Source: Bispira polyomma
Lineage: Eukaryota
Length of the DNA stretch: 64,000 bases
NCBI GenBank assembly: GCA_965649765.1
Contig: OZ287751.1
Coordinates: forward strand, 97,154,001 to 97,218,000
Reading direction: 5' to 3'
The position numbers and the translations under genes were made by a program. Shown in pieces: positions 12,001 through 24,649 of the stretch. The notes below the pieces were generated by a model. The model had not been told where the DNA came from. It saw only the letters and a list, made by a program, of their open reading frames with translations, and did no database searches. Positions within the stretch are counted from its first letter, which is position 1. Each line of letters starts with the position of its first letter.

Positions 12001-13438
12001 ATTAGGTACTGATTCCTGCTGTATAGTAGTGAGTCACAGTAATCTAACTTTGAAATGGTTGTGGCATGGAGCAATGGCCTTAAAATTGGATATACTGTAT
12101 ATTGTATATTCACCCCCTAAAAGTGGCACACCCTCCTCCTTTGAGAGGCGAATACATGCATACGATTTTCTGATGTCACCTCAGATACGGGAGCTAATTT
12201 TTCGGATGTTAGAATCGGATGTAGAATGACGGATTCTGAAGCAAAATCGCACACGTATATTCTCTTCTTTAATAAGGGTAATAATTGTACAGGGCTGGTA
12301 TTTACAAAAGGGCTACCCGACATTGTTCTGAATCTAGCAGCACAAAAGTCTAAATGAAATAGAATTCCTGAAATAATTATGTAACTATCCGCCATTTTTG
12401 GGGAAAGGGGGGGTTATATCAAAAAGGCCTACGAAAGAAGACAGGATATGCTATATAGTTTAATTGTTCTATATATTGATTAGTATTTTCAGGTGCTCCA
12501 AATGTGTAAATGATAAAGTACTCATGTAAAGTACTCTGTATGTAACCATTTTTGTAATTATATTTTATTTTGTTTTACCAAACTTTAACACTGTTACAAT
12601 TTTTGATGCTGACTAATAAGCCATAAAAATGTCTGGGTGTTGCTATATTCTGACTACTGTGCAATATACTGACTCCCCTGGAGCAAATCATTGATAATAG
12701 GATTAGAGTGGGTATGGTTGGGGCTTGAGGAATATTTAACAGGAGATTATGTGTAGGCTTTTGTTAAGATTGCATTAAAAGGGAAAACTAGCCTAGCTAA
12801 GGATTTTATGTACAGGGACATGATACACATAGCATTCAGTGATCTTTCTCTTGTCTATTGAAATTGTGTACATCTACATAGCCGCATAAACTATATTGTG
12901 TATATATCTAGCATTCGATGAACTTTCTCTTTTCACAAACAAACATCAACAACTATTCGAAATGAAGTTGTCAAAATACAAAATATTCTACACTAATAAT
13001 GAGTTTTCATCTTTCAAGAATAGTGTTAGTAAGTTAAGGTCTTTGGCTTTTGTCAACAAAAATATAAGAAGTAGGCGATAATAAAATGGTTTAACTTACT
13101 GTTATTAGTCTTTGCAGAAGATCGAAAGTTTGGTAGAAACAGTTTTTAAAAATGGAGCTTAAAGCCGATTCGTTCAAATTTGTGTGTTGGGGAATTTCGG
13201 AAATTCATCAAAATGTTATATTATTGCCCAAAAATTAAATCGTTTTTTAAGGTTCTACAGCAAAATTATGTGAAAATCAAAATATTGAAATAGTTAATTT
13301 AGTTGTTTATACAATGAAAAACAATACCCAGCTGTAAAGCTATGAGGTTATATTTTAATTTTAGTCTGTTGGTTCTTTCTGTTGAACAATTCTTGATTTG
13401 TGACAGCTGCCGGTTACTACATTCTTGTTTGTCAATCG

Positions 13439-13830
13439 TAGCCTTTTTGGGTGGGTTGCGTGTAACCAATGCGCCTATTAGATTGATGTGTTTGACGTCC
13501 GTCTGTCCATCCATCAACATTTTGGTTTCCGGACATTTAAAGGAAAACTATTTGAAGTACCATCATGAAATTTGTTGTAGAGGTGTATCATGTCAATAGC
13601 ATAATTGAGATTGTATTTGGGCCCATTCAAAAGAAACAAGATGGCCGCCAAGGCCCCCTTCTTAAAAACGGTTTCTGGACAGTTAAAGGAAAAATATTGC
13701 AACTATTATCACAATCACCTTGTTGTGGTGTTGTATCATGTCAATAGCTTGATTGGGTTGTATTTGGGCCAAATCCGAAAAACAAGATTGCCGCCACAGC
13801 AGCCATCTTGAAAACGTTTTCCGCTTATAT
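13439..13830. mobile_element. HINE/Helentron-associated (DINE-1-like) element remnant
   Basis: Short stem-loop (ggttgcgtgtaacc), GTCC/GTCT microsatellite at about 13497-13515, then about 2 copies of a ~145-bp unit (starts near 13526, 13670, 13816) containing caagatggccgcc. Confidence 0.6.
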
Positions 13831-13869
13831 AAAGGCAGACATACTGGACAGATCATAAGGCAATATGGA

Positions 13870-14400
13870 TTGCCATTTGATTCACAGGTCTACAGGTTGG
13901 TTTCTAAAATAGAAGTATCAAGACTTGCTCACAAGTGTTTACTGTTGGTGAAGCACTGTATGATTGCATTTAAACAACATTTGTGCATGAAGGGTATTTC
14001 CAGGTGGTAGTGTCCACGGTGGCAATACAGGTAAGATATGTTGATGATAAATCATGAGTAATTTAATACAACATTTTTAGAACATGAATTTCTCTTTTTT
14101 AGACAGTTGAGACCAGCCTGTCTCATTGTAAAGACTCGAGATTTTTGAACTGGCAGGAACACCTGTAATTATTCACACAGCCTCAACAGCTAGCTTGTCC
14201 CACTTTGCAAGCAAATTTTGTGGTGCTCCAGACCAAAGAATATCACCACATGCTATTATCGGTCTCATGTAAGAAAAGTAGATTTTCTCAAGAACCCATC
14301 GTTTACCCTTCACTTTAAATTCAAACACTTTCCTGCCCATTTTAGTGATGTGGATAATGTGTCTGCTTCTGAGTGAACAGAGCAGCTATAATATCTTGGG
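13870..14400 (-). mobile_element. Old CR1/L2-group LINE RT C-terminal fragment, part of the duplicated block
   Basis: Homologous to 42200-42590, which encodes EYGDIVWSGAP...MRIVTGAP...LYNETDWSPL. Confidence 0.7.
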
Positions 14401-14411
14401 AAAAACATGAG

Positions 14412-16476
14412 TGGCGCCGAAACAAAACTACTACAAATAGATCTAGACTACGCCAATGGATCACCCGGTGCAACAACACTATAAATGACTCAAAACGTGC
14501 CTACTATGCCAACATGATATCACAAAGCGAGGGTGTCCTGAAGAAACTTTGGCAAAAACTAAATAGCACCTTCTACCATAAAAAACAGACTATACTACCC
14601 GAAAATTCCAATAGCAAATCACTGGCAAACATTTTTAGTACTATTTTCACTGATAAAATTACCAGAATCCGTGACGGTTTTACATTAGCTGCCCCAAATG
14701 TCCCTTTACCAACAGCTCCACCAACCGTCTTCAACTGTTTCTCCACAGTAACTGTTGATGAAGTCAGGAAAATTATACCGGCATCACCCGTAAAATCTTG
14801 CTTGCTAGATCCGTGGCCCACATTCCTTGTCAAAGAATGTATTGACATTTTATTTCCCTCAATCACAAAACTTATCAACCTCTCGTTGATAAATGGCGTC
14901 TTTCCAGATGATTTTAAAAAGGCTATTGTCACTCCTTTAATAAAAAAAACCTTCTCTTCGAAAGGCTGACTTGAAAAATCACCGTCCTGTCTCAGGCATT
15001 TGCTATATCTCTAAGTTGGTAGAATGCGCGGTTGCCTTACAGATCAAACAAGTTGACGTCAGCAATATGTCCAATAAGTATCAGTCAGCGTACAAAAGTG
15101 GTCATTCTACTGAGACTGCACTTCTCTGCATCAAACATGATGTTCATACATCTTTATCCAAAGGTATGCCTACTGCCTTAGTACTGCTGGATCTGTCAGC
15201 AGCCTTTGATACTATTGATCACAAAGTTCTTCATGAGTGCCTATCATCTGGTTTCGGTATCAGCAGTATGGCGCTTAAGTGGTTCACAGCATATTTGTCT
15301 GATATATTCCAATCAGTCAAAATTGGCAATATCTTATCCGACCCAACATGGTTAAAATTTGGTGTTCCCCAAGGTTCCGTCCTGGGTCCCATTTTGTTTT
15401 CCATGTACACCACTCCACTCAGCAAGATTATTGCTGCATACAAAAACATAAACTTTCACTTCTATGCTGATGATACCCAACTGTACAACCACCTTACACC
15501 TGACTCTGCCCAGGCAGCTTTCACTTCCTTACAGAACTGCCTTGTTGATGTACAACACTGGATGGCAGCAAATAAACTCAAGCTGAACCCTGAGAAGACT
15601 GAGTTTATTTTGTTTGGCTCCAAGTCGCAACGGGAAAAATTGTCCAGCTGTTTTCCACTTGACATTCTTGGCAGCAGGTTTTTTCCAGCTGACAAAGTAC
15701 GAAACCTGGGTGTGGTGTTTGACTCTGAATTCTCCTTCTCTAACCATGTCGCATCGGTGTGTAGATCATGTTTTGTTGGCCTCCGTGATTTCAGGTGGAT
15801 TCGACGCTATATTTCCAAATCCACTGCAATCACTGTTGCCAATGCTTTGGTCAGCAGCAGGCTTGATTACTGCAACTCTCTGTTCCGTTCCTTATCTCGT
15901 AGTGATCTCAGACGCCTTCAGAATATCCAACACTCATTGGCACGTATTGTGACCAAAACTTCTAAATTTTCCCACATTACTCCTGTACTCAAGTCACTGC
16001 ACTGGCTCCCAATAAAATATCGTGTTGCTTTCAAAACAGCAACAATAATATATAAATTTCTAAATTCTGGATTACCCACTTATTTTAGCCCCCATCTATC
16101 CAAATATACATGCTCAGTCAGGACAAGGCGCAGTAACCCTGATAAATTATACCTTAACATTCCCACTTTCAACCCTCGCATCCACAAATCCAAAGTTCAG
16201 TTCAATCACTGCCTAGCTCATGATGGCCCCCTCATTTGGAACAGCCTACCTGATCATGTTTGCCTGGCTCAAACTTTCTCCTCTTTCAGGAGTAAGCTGA
16301 AGGCCTATCTTTTGGAACAGGCTTTTCCACCTTAGCCGTCGCAACCATTTACGGTAGTCTCCCTGGTTACGACTTCCATCCGCCCACTATTTTTGATTTT
16401 CGTTTTGGGTTTGTTGCGCCTTAGAATTTGTTGTACAAAGATTAAGCGCTATGAAAGTACGACTAGATTAGATTAG
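14412..16476 (+). mobile_element. 5'-truncated L2-clade LINE with (TAGAT)n tail and 6-bp TSD
   Basis: ORFs 14373..14969 and 14971..16335 (LDLSAAFDTIDH, GVPQGSVLGP, YADDTQ, HWLP, AFPP) separated by one frameshift. ATGAGT is duplicated at 14407-14412 and 16477-16482. The element is absent from the paralogous site near 42590. Confidence 0.95.
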
Positions 16477-16658
16477 ATGAGTCTGATACACCTCTCCGCA
16501 AAGCCAAGTGAGTGTAGTAGTTGGAGAAAGCACAGAACTGAAGGCCGTTGTCATTTAAATGTGTGATATGTGAGAGTATTGTAGTACATATTGTTTAAAC
16601 TTCAATAATCTTGTTTAAACACTCCCTCTGTACCCTTTTGTATTTTGTAATCAATCTA

Positions 16659-16856
16659 TTAACGAGGAGGCTTATCAGTAAACACTTTGAGTATATTAAT
16701 GACAATGAAGGCGCCCATAGCTCCAAGAAGGCAACCAGCTTGACTACAAGCTCCAAACCACATCAATCCCAGCCGGCCTCTGCCCATCTTCAAGGTTGTC
16801 CCAATAGTCACAAAAGCATACATAGATACCATCACCGCAATCACTCCTGTTCCCAC
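16659..16856 (-). pseudogene. SLC52A3: SLC52 riboflavin transporter-like gene copy A, last coding exon
   Basis: Acceptor TTTTTTAG| at 16857, phase 0. Encodes ...WFGACSQAGCLLGAMGAFIVINILKVF, matching the SLC52 C-terminal QxGSLLGA helix. Confidence 0.78.
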
Positions 16857-17459
16857 CTAAAAAAAGTTACTTAAAATACAGTATTGTATTCAAATTGATA
16901 CCCAGTCATATCAACCTTTACCTGGTATTCAAAGAGATAATTAACCTTTTCCTGACTATCAACCAGCAGGACTAACTGTCATGTCCCTAACTAAAGAGTG
17001 GGTCTTGAGAATGACCATTTATCGATGGGCCACAAAGCTCAATAGTCTGCCTACCTTTACCTAGTATTTAAACAATGGTTCAAACCGTGGTTCCTCAGTG
17101 TGGCACCCACCAAACCACAACATAATATCACCCACCGTCTGTCAATGGGGATAGGTTTGGGATTTTATTTATATGAGTTTGGTTCAGGGATGAGGCATGG
17201 GCCATGAAAAAAAACTCTCCAGCCTTGGTTGAGTTACATACATGCCTTTCTATTTTTTTTTTTTTGCAAAATGTTTACATTTTTATTGATGTGTTTATCA
17301 TGTGCTTTTAAATATTTCATATTATTGTGAAAAGTTTATACATTTGCTAATTGTTTTCATACGTTAGGAAATACCTTTTTGCAGTCTTTCAGAAATATAT
17401 CGACAAATGTGGTGAACACACAATATGTTTCAATGATAATGTTGACATTCCACAACAAA

Positions 17460-19740
17460 TTTAGGTTGGTGAGAGAATTAATAAAAACCTGGAGGCCACT
17501 GTCACTCCTTAATATAGACTATAAGTGGCTCTCAGGAGTTTTGGCTAGAAAATTGAAGACTGTTTTACCAGGGACAATAAGTTCTGAACAAAAAGGTTTC
17601 TCAAGGGTAGGAAACAACATTTGAACCGTATTTGATATAATGGATTTGCTTAAAAAACAAAATGAAACCAAAATGCTGTTGCTGATAGCTTTTGAAAAAG
17701 CCTTTGTCTCTTTGGAATGGCCCTTTATCAATCAAGTTTTACAAAGATACAATTTTGGACCCCAATTAATAAGATGGTTTACTATTCTCTATACAAAGCC
17801 AATAGTTATGTTATCAATAATGTTTTTTTTCTCAATTTTTCAATATCCAAAAATGATGTGGACAGGGAGATCATTTACGTCCATATTTCTTTGTCTTGTG
17901 CATTGAACCTTTGGGAATAGGAATCAAAAGTGATTCTAATATAAAAGGTATACATATTGGAAATACTGAGATGAAGTTGGGGCAATATGCAGATGATACC
18001 TTTCTTTTTTTGGATGGCTCACAAAAATTGTTGGGGTGTTTTGGGGTGTTTTTGAGGTGGATATTTCAATATGGTAATGAGTAGAGATTTATTTTTATCT
18101 TCTTCAAAAGTATTGTTGAGTGCTTCTGGATTGAACTAAAATTTAGCCAAGAGCTTTAAAAGAAGTACATGTTCTTGAAAATATATTATACCAACATTGA
18201 TATGTTAATATATATATGTGTAACTTAAAAAAAATAAATTAACGTAGAAAAAACACAAGCAGCCTAAAACCATATAAAAAAAATTTCTGCTGTGACTTAA
18301 ATCTAACATAGGTTAGTAGATTTTGTTTATTGGGAATACAATTTGATATAAATATGCAAAATATATCATGATTAAATTATAAAACAAAATATTATAGATA
18401 AGCTCCTATAATTTTATAAAAATGAAAGCTGATTCTATTGGGAAGGAGTTACAGTTCTTAAAACCTTAGCAATCCCAAAACGGGTATATATACCTACACT
18501 TCTATCAAATCCAGGCACATCTTTTTTGATAAAGTTCAAAAGTGTTTGAGAACATCTTCATGGGACGGTAATGTGAAAATAAAATCGGCTCAAATAGAAA
18601 AAGATATTCCCGATGGGACTTAAAAAGTAACAAATGTGAAATTCCTCCAATATGGTCTGAAACTTGGAAAAATGGATCGAAAGACTTGTTTTGACAGATG
18701 AAGGTTGGCAAAATTTGTTTCAGAACATATTTAAAGCAAAAAATACAGGTTTGGGGAGCTAGATATAAAATCAATGTCTACTTTCTGTTAAAAAAAATCT
18801 ATCAACCGATTTTGGAAAAATGTGGTGCACTGCTGGATTGAGTATAAAAAATTATTCCCTAGTATAGACCAAATATGCTATCTATTGTAAGGGCAGACTT
18901 AATAAAGAATACAAATTTATGAGGATTAAAAAGTACTTTTGATAAATATGATATACACAATCTTAATGATTTATTGAATGATATAGGTGAAGTGTGTTCG
19001 ACGAACTATGTATTTGATAAAAAGGAAGATAAACTTTGTGGATTATTATAGTCAAAAGCATTGCATCTCCGAAGAGTGGAAATTAGGACTAAAAGACAAA
19101 CTACATAAAAATGACATTAAACAAGAAATGCTCACTGAATTGATAAATATGAAAAAAAATGTCATGGGGTTTATTCAAAATTTCTGAAAAAATTGTCTCT
19201 TAGAAGACACCATAGTCAAAAAAGGTCTGTAGCTTTAGATAAAGAAATTGATGATGATAATTGGATACATTTCTATTCATTACACATTAAGTGTTTTATC
19301 GAAAATAAGTTAAGGAGCTTCCAGCATAAATTACTGCAGGTAGTCTTACCTACAAATAAATAGTTAATTCTTTCTAAAATAAAGGATTCAGACAAATGTT
19401 ACTTTTGTGCCAAAACACATGAAAGTATTCAACATTTATTCTGGAACTGCCCAACTGTAAAACTCTTTTGAGATAAACTAAAATTTTTAATAAATCAATA
19501 CCAATATCAAATGATCATTGTATGACACCAAAATTAGTTCTGCTTGGATACAGAGGGGAAAGTAATAGAATAATAAATCATATATTTTACCGTGCAAATT
19601 ATTATATATTTGTAACCAAATGCAAGAAAGGTAGTTTAAGTATAAATCATTTAAAACATATTATATGCTATATTTACAAGTTAGAGAAAACTATAACACA
19701 AAATGAATGCATGCATCAAAGTAAATGTCAGGATTTTATT
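17460..19740 (+). mobile_element. Degraded Tx1/L1-clade LINE ORF2 (RT to C-terminus)
   Basis: WRPLSLLNIDYK, IAFEKAF, QYADDT, and a C-terminal CYFC...ESIQHLFWNC motif near 19395-19450; many frameshifts. Confidence 0.88.
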
Positions 19741-19744
19741 TGGA

Positions 19745-22700
19745 TTGGATCGATCGGGGCTAGCCCTAGATCAATGCTATCGAGGGGACAATAGGCCAGA
19801 TTTAACCTCCCAATACACAAATGGCTGCCCTGACCTCCCCAATCCGGGCTGTAAGTTGGTAGTACTGGTTCCACTCGTTGTGGTTCAGGATTACTCTGGG
19901 AGGCCACCCAATTACTCCTACAAATCCTGGAAATTAACTTCGGCAGAAACCTTGAAATGTCAAGGATGGACAAGTGTAATAGAGATTATGAGGGTACTTC
20001 AAGTTTTAATTGCTTCAATGTGCCTGCAAGTGATGGTTTGTTTTACATCTGCAAAGAACAATAGAAATGTTAAGACGAGAGACAAACACAGAGAATACAG
20101 GTCAAGGAAAAGTCAATTTCAGACGACTATTCTGGGTGAAGCCATGGCTTAAGCAACAACATGGACATTACTCTGCACTTCTCCCCTGCCTGGAACTACA
20201 AGATGGGGAGTCAAAAAAGCCCTGGCTGATGAAGCCCTTCTCCAGATGAAGGATAGACCCCCACGAGCGTATATATAACTACATCATTTTCAGGGGTCAA
20301 AGGGTTGTGGAGAATTCATTTGAATACTAGTCCAGAGTCCAGTGTGTTGCTGTCAACAATGCAACAAGAACCACCACTTGTAGCCACTGTAAGCATGGAC
20401 TGTGTGGTCTTGCACAATATGATGAGGACGGCCACCATCAACCAGGCAATGCCCATGCAAACAATAAAAAGGACCCATCAATCCCAGAAAAAGTACTGGA
20501 AGGAGACCACCAACCCCCTGACCACAGAAATCCAAGCAGAGCAGTGAAAGAGCAGAGGGAGCTACTGATGGGTACTTTATCAATGAGAGGCAGTGCCATG
20601 GCAGAATGACAGAATATGAAGCTGAGCCACAAGAAGAACAAATCGGCGCCTTTCAGATAAACATTAAACATTATCTGAGCTGTTTGTTAAATGAAAAAAA
20701 ACTACAAGAAGCAAACTGGCCCCACAAAAAAATTATCTCTCGTACACACAATTAAAAACAAAATTAAAAACCTTCAAATACATCTTTGATAAATAATAGC
20801 CCCTTCCAGTAGAAACTTTTTAAATACTTGCCCCTTTAAATATGACTCTGTTAAGAAGTTGGCCCTTTAAATAGACAAATGTCAAAAACTACGTGCCCCC
20901 ATATATACACAATGTTGTTAACAGAATTCTATTTTACAGAAGCAAGTTAATAGATTTCTATTCAAGCGGGCCAACTACTAAACAAACTTTTATTTAATGG
21001 AGCCAACTACTAAACAGACTTCCATTTAATGGGGTCAACTACTAAACAGACTTCTATTTAAGGGGGTCAATTACTAAACAAAGTTCCTTTTAATGGGGCT
21101 AACTACTAAACAGACTTTCATTTAAGGGGGCCAACTACTAAACATACTTCTATTTAAGGGGGTCAACTACAAAACATACTTCCATTTAAGAGGGAAACTA
21201 CTAAACAGAGGTATGTATTTACAATATTTCTACTAGGACAGGGGCAACTACTTACCAGAGTTTTATTTAAGGGAGGGAAGTACTTAATACTTATACATTG
21301 GTGTGGGATTTCACAAATTAAAAATTTAACAGTGTATTTATATTTTTCTGTGGGGAGGTCCAAATATTGTTTTTGTTGCGGTCAGTATGCTTCTTGTAGT
21401 GAGGATTTTTTCCTTTAATAAACAGCTCAGATGATGTTTTTGAAACATTAGGGTGGACCTGAAAAGGGCAAATTGGTTTTGATGTGTACACTCTATTTGT
21501 CTGGCAGGTTATGCAGGGGTTATGCTGAGGTGGAGGAGGTTGTTGTGATGGCTGAGGTGGAGGCTGTGGTGGCTGAGGAGCGGGCTGTGGTGGTTGTGTC
21601 TGTGATCTGATGCTCATAATGTGAAAGTGTGTCGATGCTCAGGTAGCTTATATCCCCTGCGCCTATGCCCATATGTTTAACCATTGATGAGACTGTTGAA
21701 CTGTTACTGACTCGACTGACCGGAGTTGTCAATTGCCAGAATAGTCCCAGTGATACTAAATATACTAGATACACTTTCACCAGGTGTTGGTGGTCATTGA
21801 ACTCTCTTGAGTGAACGGTTTGGAGGCTGTGGCATCTGTGGTTTGGCTTGTTCTTGCTGTCTGTAGTGCATATAATGTTGTTGTTACAGTAGCTACTGTG
21901 GGACAAAAACAGGTGGCCGCATGCCATAGGATGTACTCAGCTGTGGTTGAAATTGTGGATACTGTTGTGGTTGTTGCTGGAAATGTGTGAGTCCAGCCCC
22001 CTGTTGAGCCCATTCCTGTATGTTGCTCACTGGGTTGAAGACCTCTTTTCTGAAAGTGTTTAACAAATTTTCCGACAGTTTATCAGTCTCTGAGGACAGC
22101 TATTTCATGTAGGCGGCTTTTGGTCCCTCAGGTGTCCTTTAGGAAGCCGGCTATCCTATCTTCCATCCTGGACATGCCATCCTTAAAGTCGGCTGCCCTT
22201 GCATCACAGTAGGAGTGGACTGCCCTCCATAGGCAGATGACTGTCTAGAAAGAATAGGTGTTGACAACAACGGTAAGGACTCCTCCATCTCCAGTTCAGC
22301 ATGGTCTCTGTCGGACTAGAACCCTTTAGGTGTCTACGACCCATGACTAGCAGAGGCAGATGAGATGGGCTTGAAACCAGCCGTCCTGTTTACTTGGTGG
22401 ATGATGTAAGGCATGACTGACTTTGGGATACTTTCCATAGATGGTGCGCTGGGACTGGAACCAGTTCTTGACTTTCCCAGCATCAAGCCCCCTGACCCCG
22501 CAGAACTCCTCCCAGGCCATGTTCTTTTTCTGGTTGTCCTTGTAGTGTGGCATTTGTTATATAACCACTCATGGTCCTTGAGGAAGTCGATGACAGCATC
22601 CTCCCGTTCGTCAGTCAGTAGCACTGTCTTCATCTGCCCCTTTCTCTGCCTGTTGGAAAGGACCACAACCTCAGCGTCACCAGTTGAATCTTTTCTCTCT

Positions 22701-23540
22701 GTATCTGGGTCTCTGGTATCACAGTCAGAGCCTCTTTTGGTCTTCACATTAAACTCAATATTTTCCTTCTCATTATAAATCGACATCTTCCTCTTCCTTT
22801 CCCAAATCTTGGGTGGCATATTTAATCAAAAAAAATGTATACCATAAAAACTTTTAAACTTATAACTCACAACAACAAAGCAATGACCTAAACTAATAAT
22901 ATATATCGAATGAAAATTGCCAGTTGCTGATGTGTACTCTTTGCTGCTAAAAATTACATGAGATGAAGATTACTGTCACAACATCCTTTTATATGTTTCT
23001 GGTCTGAGGATTTGACCCGTGTGCAAATACACTCTAGAGTTATGATTGTTAGCCCTGAGTTGTCTTCTATGTTCCTGAGTAATCTTTACACTCGGTTGTG
23101 GCTTCCAACTTGTTTGAAGTCACAGCTGAGTTATCCTTACAATTTGGGGTTTGTTATATATCAGAAACCGTGCCCTAGTTATCTTTACACTTCAACGAGT
23201 AATCCTTAGCACATGATGGCTGATAAGTGGGCATCTTCCCGACCTATCATTAGGGATGGGGCGATCACTCGGAATGGTTTTCTTTGAAATTGCTCTGATT
23301 TGGGTACTGGGCAGGGTTTGTAGAGATATCTTGTTAGGGCTTAACGATAAGTCGTTGCAAGCTCCCGATTAGTTCTGAATGGTCATGAGTTATCAGCCGT
23401 GTGTCAACCAATCGCACAGGTTTTTAAACATGCTTAAAAACCTGAGAGAGTGGCCCGAATGCCCAAGACAACTAAAACAACTTGGAAGCAACTCACGATC
23501 CTCCTGATTATACCCCCCAGCTATGATCGGCTTGATGTTT
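19745..23540. mobile_element. PIF/Harbinger DNA transposon remnant 1 (convergent transposase and MADF genes)
   Basis: Plus-strand transposase remnants FWVKPWL...GHYSALL (20125-20200) and RVVEN...LLSTMQQ...CVVLHNMMR (20300-20430), with most of the middle deleted. Minus-strand MADF domain at about 22430-22640 (VIDFLKDHEWLYNK; YKDNQKKNMAWEE; VKNWFQSQRTIYGK) followed by a Q/P-rich tail. Boundaries approximate. Confidence 0.8.
20965..21290. repeat. 32-bp minisatellite (ggggccaactactaaacagacttctatttaan), about 8 good copies plus degenerate ones
   Basis: caactact recurs at a 32-bp period. Reverse-complement degenerate copies lie at about 20800-20880. Confidence 0.9.
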
Positions 23541-24244
23541 ATTTTTCTAAAGATATTGGTTTTACCTGTTTCTTTCATTTACTTAGGGCTTTACACAAGC
23601 TTTATGAGTGCTTTTTACAAAGACTGTATATGTGACTCACAATACTTTACCAAGTAAAGATTTCAGAAAACCTTTAAAAACTGTTTTTACATGAAGGGAT
23701 CTTAAGCCTAGCTATGTTTAATTTTTAATATAAGTGCAAACAATTTTAATTAAACTGCAGTATGCTGCTAATTGAATTATTTTATTATTGCTTCCCCTTA
23801 CCCCTCTATGCTTTACAGATAATAATTTAAAAAAACAAATAGGTATTAAACAAGCCAAGAAATAGCCTTCATCTTTGGGATACAACACATGTTTTAATAT
23901 CCATAATGACTTGTTTAGTTTGTGCTTGATGTGGATTTTAACAGGTTTTGTGTTATACAATGATGGACAGTTCATTAGTGTTGGAAATCAGAATAACCTA
24001 GTTAGTTAAGGGGCTTTACAATCCACCGGTAATTTTTTCAAATACATAAAACGGCATAGACTTGAACACATGATGACAGAGGTCAGAGGCGACTTTGTTC
24101 GCACTACATCATTGAGGCTCCTAATAGGGGGAAAGCCACAGTATTTATCTAAAGTCAATAAATCAAGTAAAATTAAACCTAAAATTGTAGTTTGCACTGT
24201 TTCATACATAAGAACAATGTCAAATAAGAATAAGATCCGCCTAC

Positions 24245-24453
24245 TATAAGAACAGGTCCTATAGTGGTTCCGTGTATTGGAGGAGTTGGACTACAATAGG
24301 CCAGGAAGACATGATAGCCCACCAGTCCAGTGGAGAAGGTGATCAGTGTCACATGTGCCAGCAGAGAGGTTGTGGAGTAGAAGAGACTCAAGAAAGCAAC
24401 CAGAGGCATGGAAGCACACATAAGACGAACCAGCACGGTGAAAGTCACATGAC
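24245..24453 (-). pseudogene. SLC52A3: SLC52 riboflavin transporter-like gene copy A, middle coding exon
   Basis: Acceptor CTTTTAG| at 24454 (phase 1) and donor GTAGGC at 24244 (phase 0). Encodes TM helices ending LAYCSPTPPIHGTTIGPVLI, compare SLC52 SPCPPLxGxxxGxVL. Confidence 0.8.
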
Positions 24454-24615
24454 CTAAAAGATCAAGAGGAAATTATTATCAGAAAGGTAAAGGTCACATG
24501 ACCATCAACAGGAAATTATCATCAGGAGGGTGAAGGACACTTGACCTGAAACATCAAGAGAAAATCACAGCAGGGTGAAGATCACCTGGCCTGAAAGATG
24601 AACAGGAAACTATCA
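24440..24615. repeat. ~42-48-bp degenerate tandem repeat spanning the SLC52 intron/exon boundary
   Basis: About 4 units of (gaag)gtcacatgacctgaaa..atcaagaggaaattatcatcag. Confidence 0.75.
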
Positions 24616-24649
24616 GAGTAAAAAAACATAATAGTCCTAATAAACTATT

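Noticed and set aside
20965-21290. CRISPR-like periodic 32-bp repeats
   Set aside because: Units are head-to-tail with no unique spacers and no cas genes, in a eukaryotic context.
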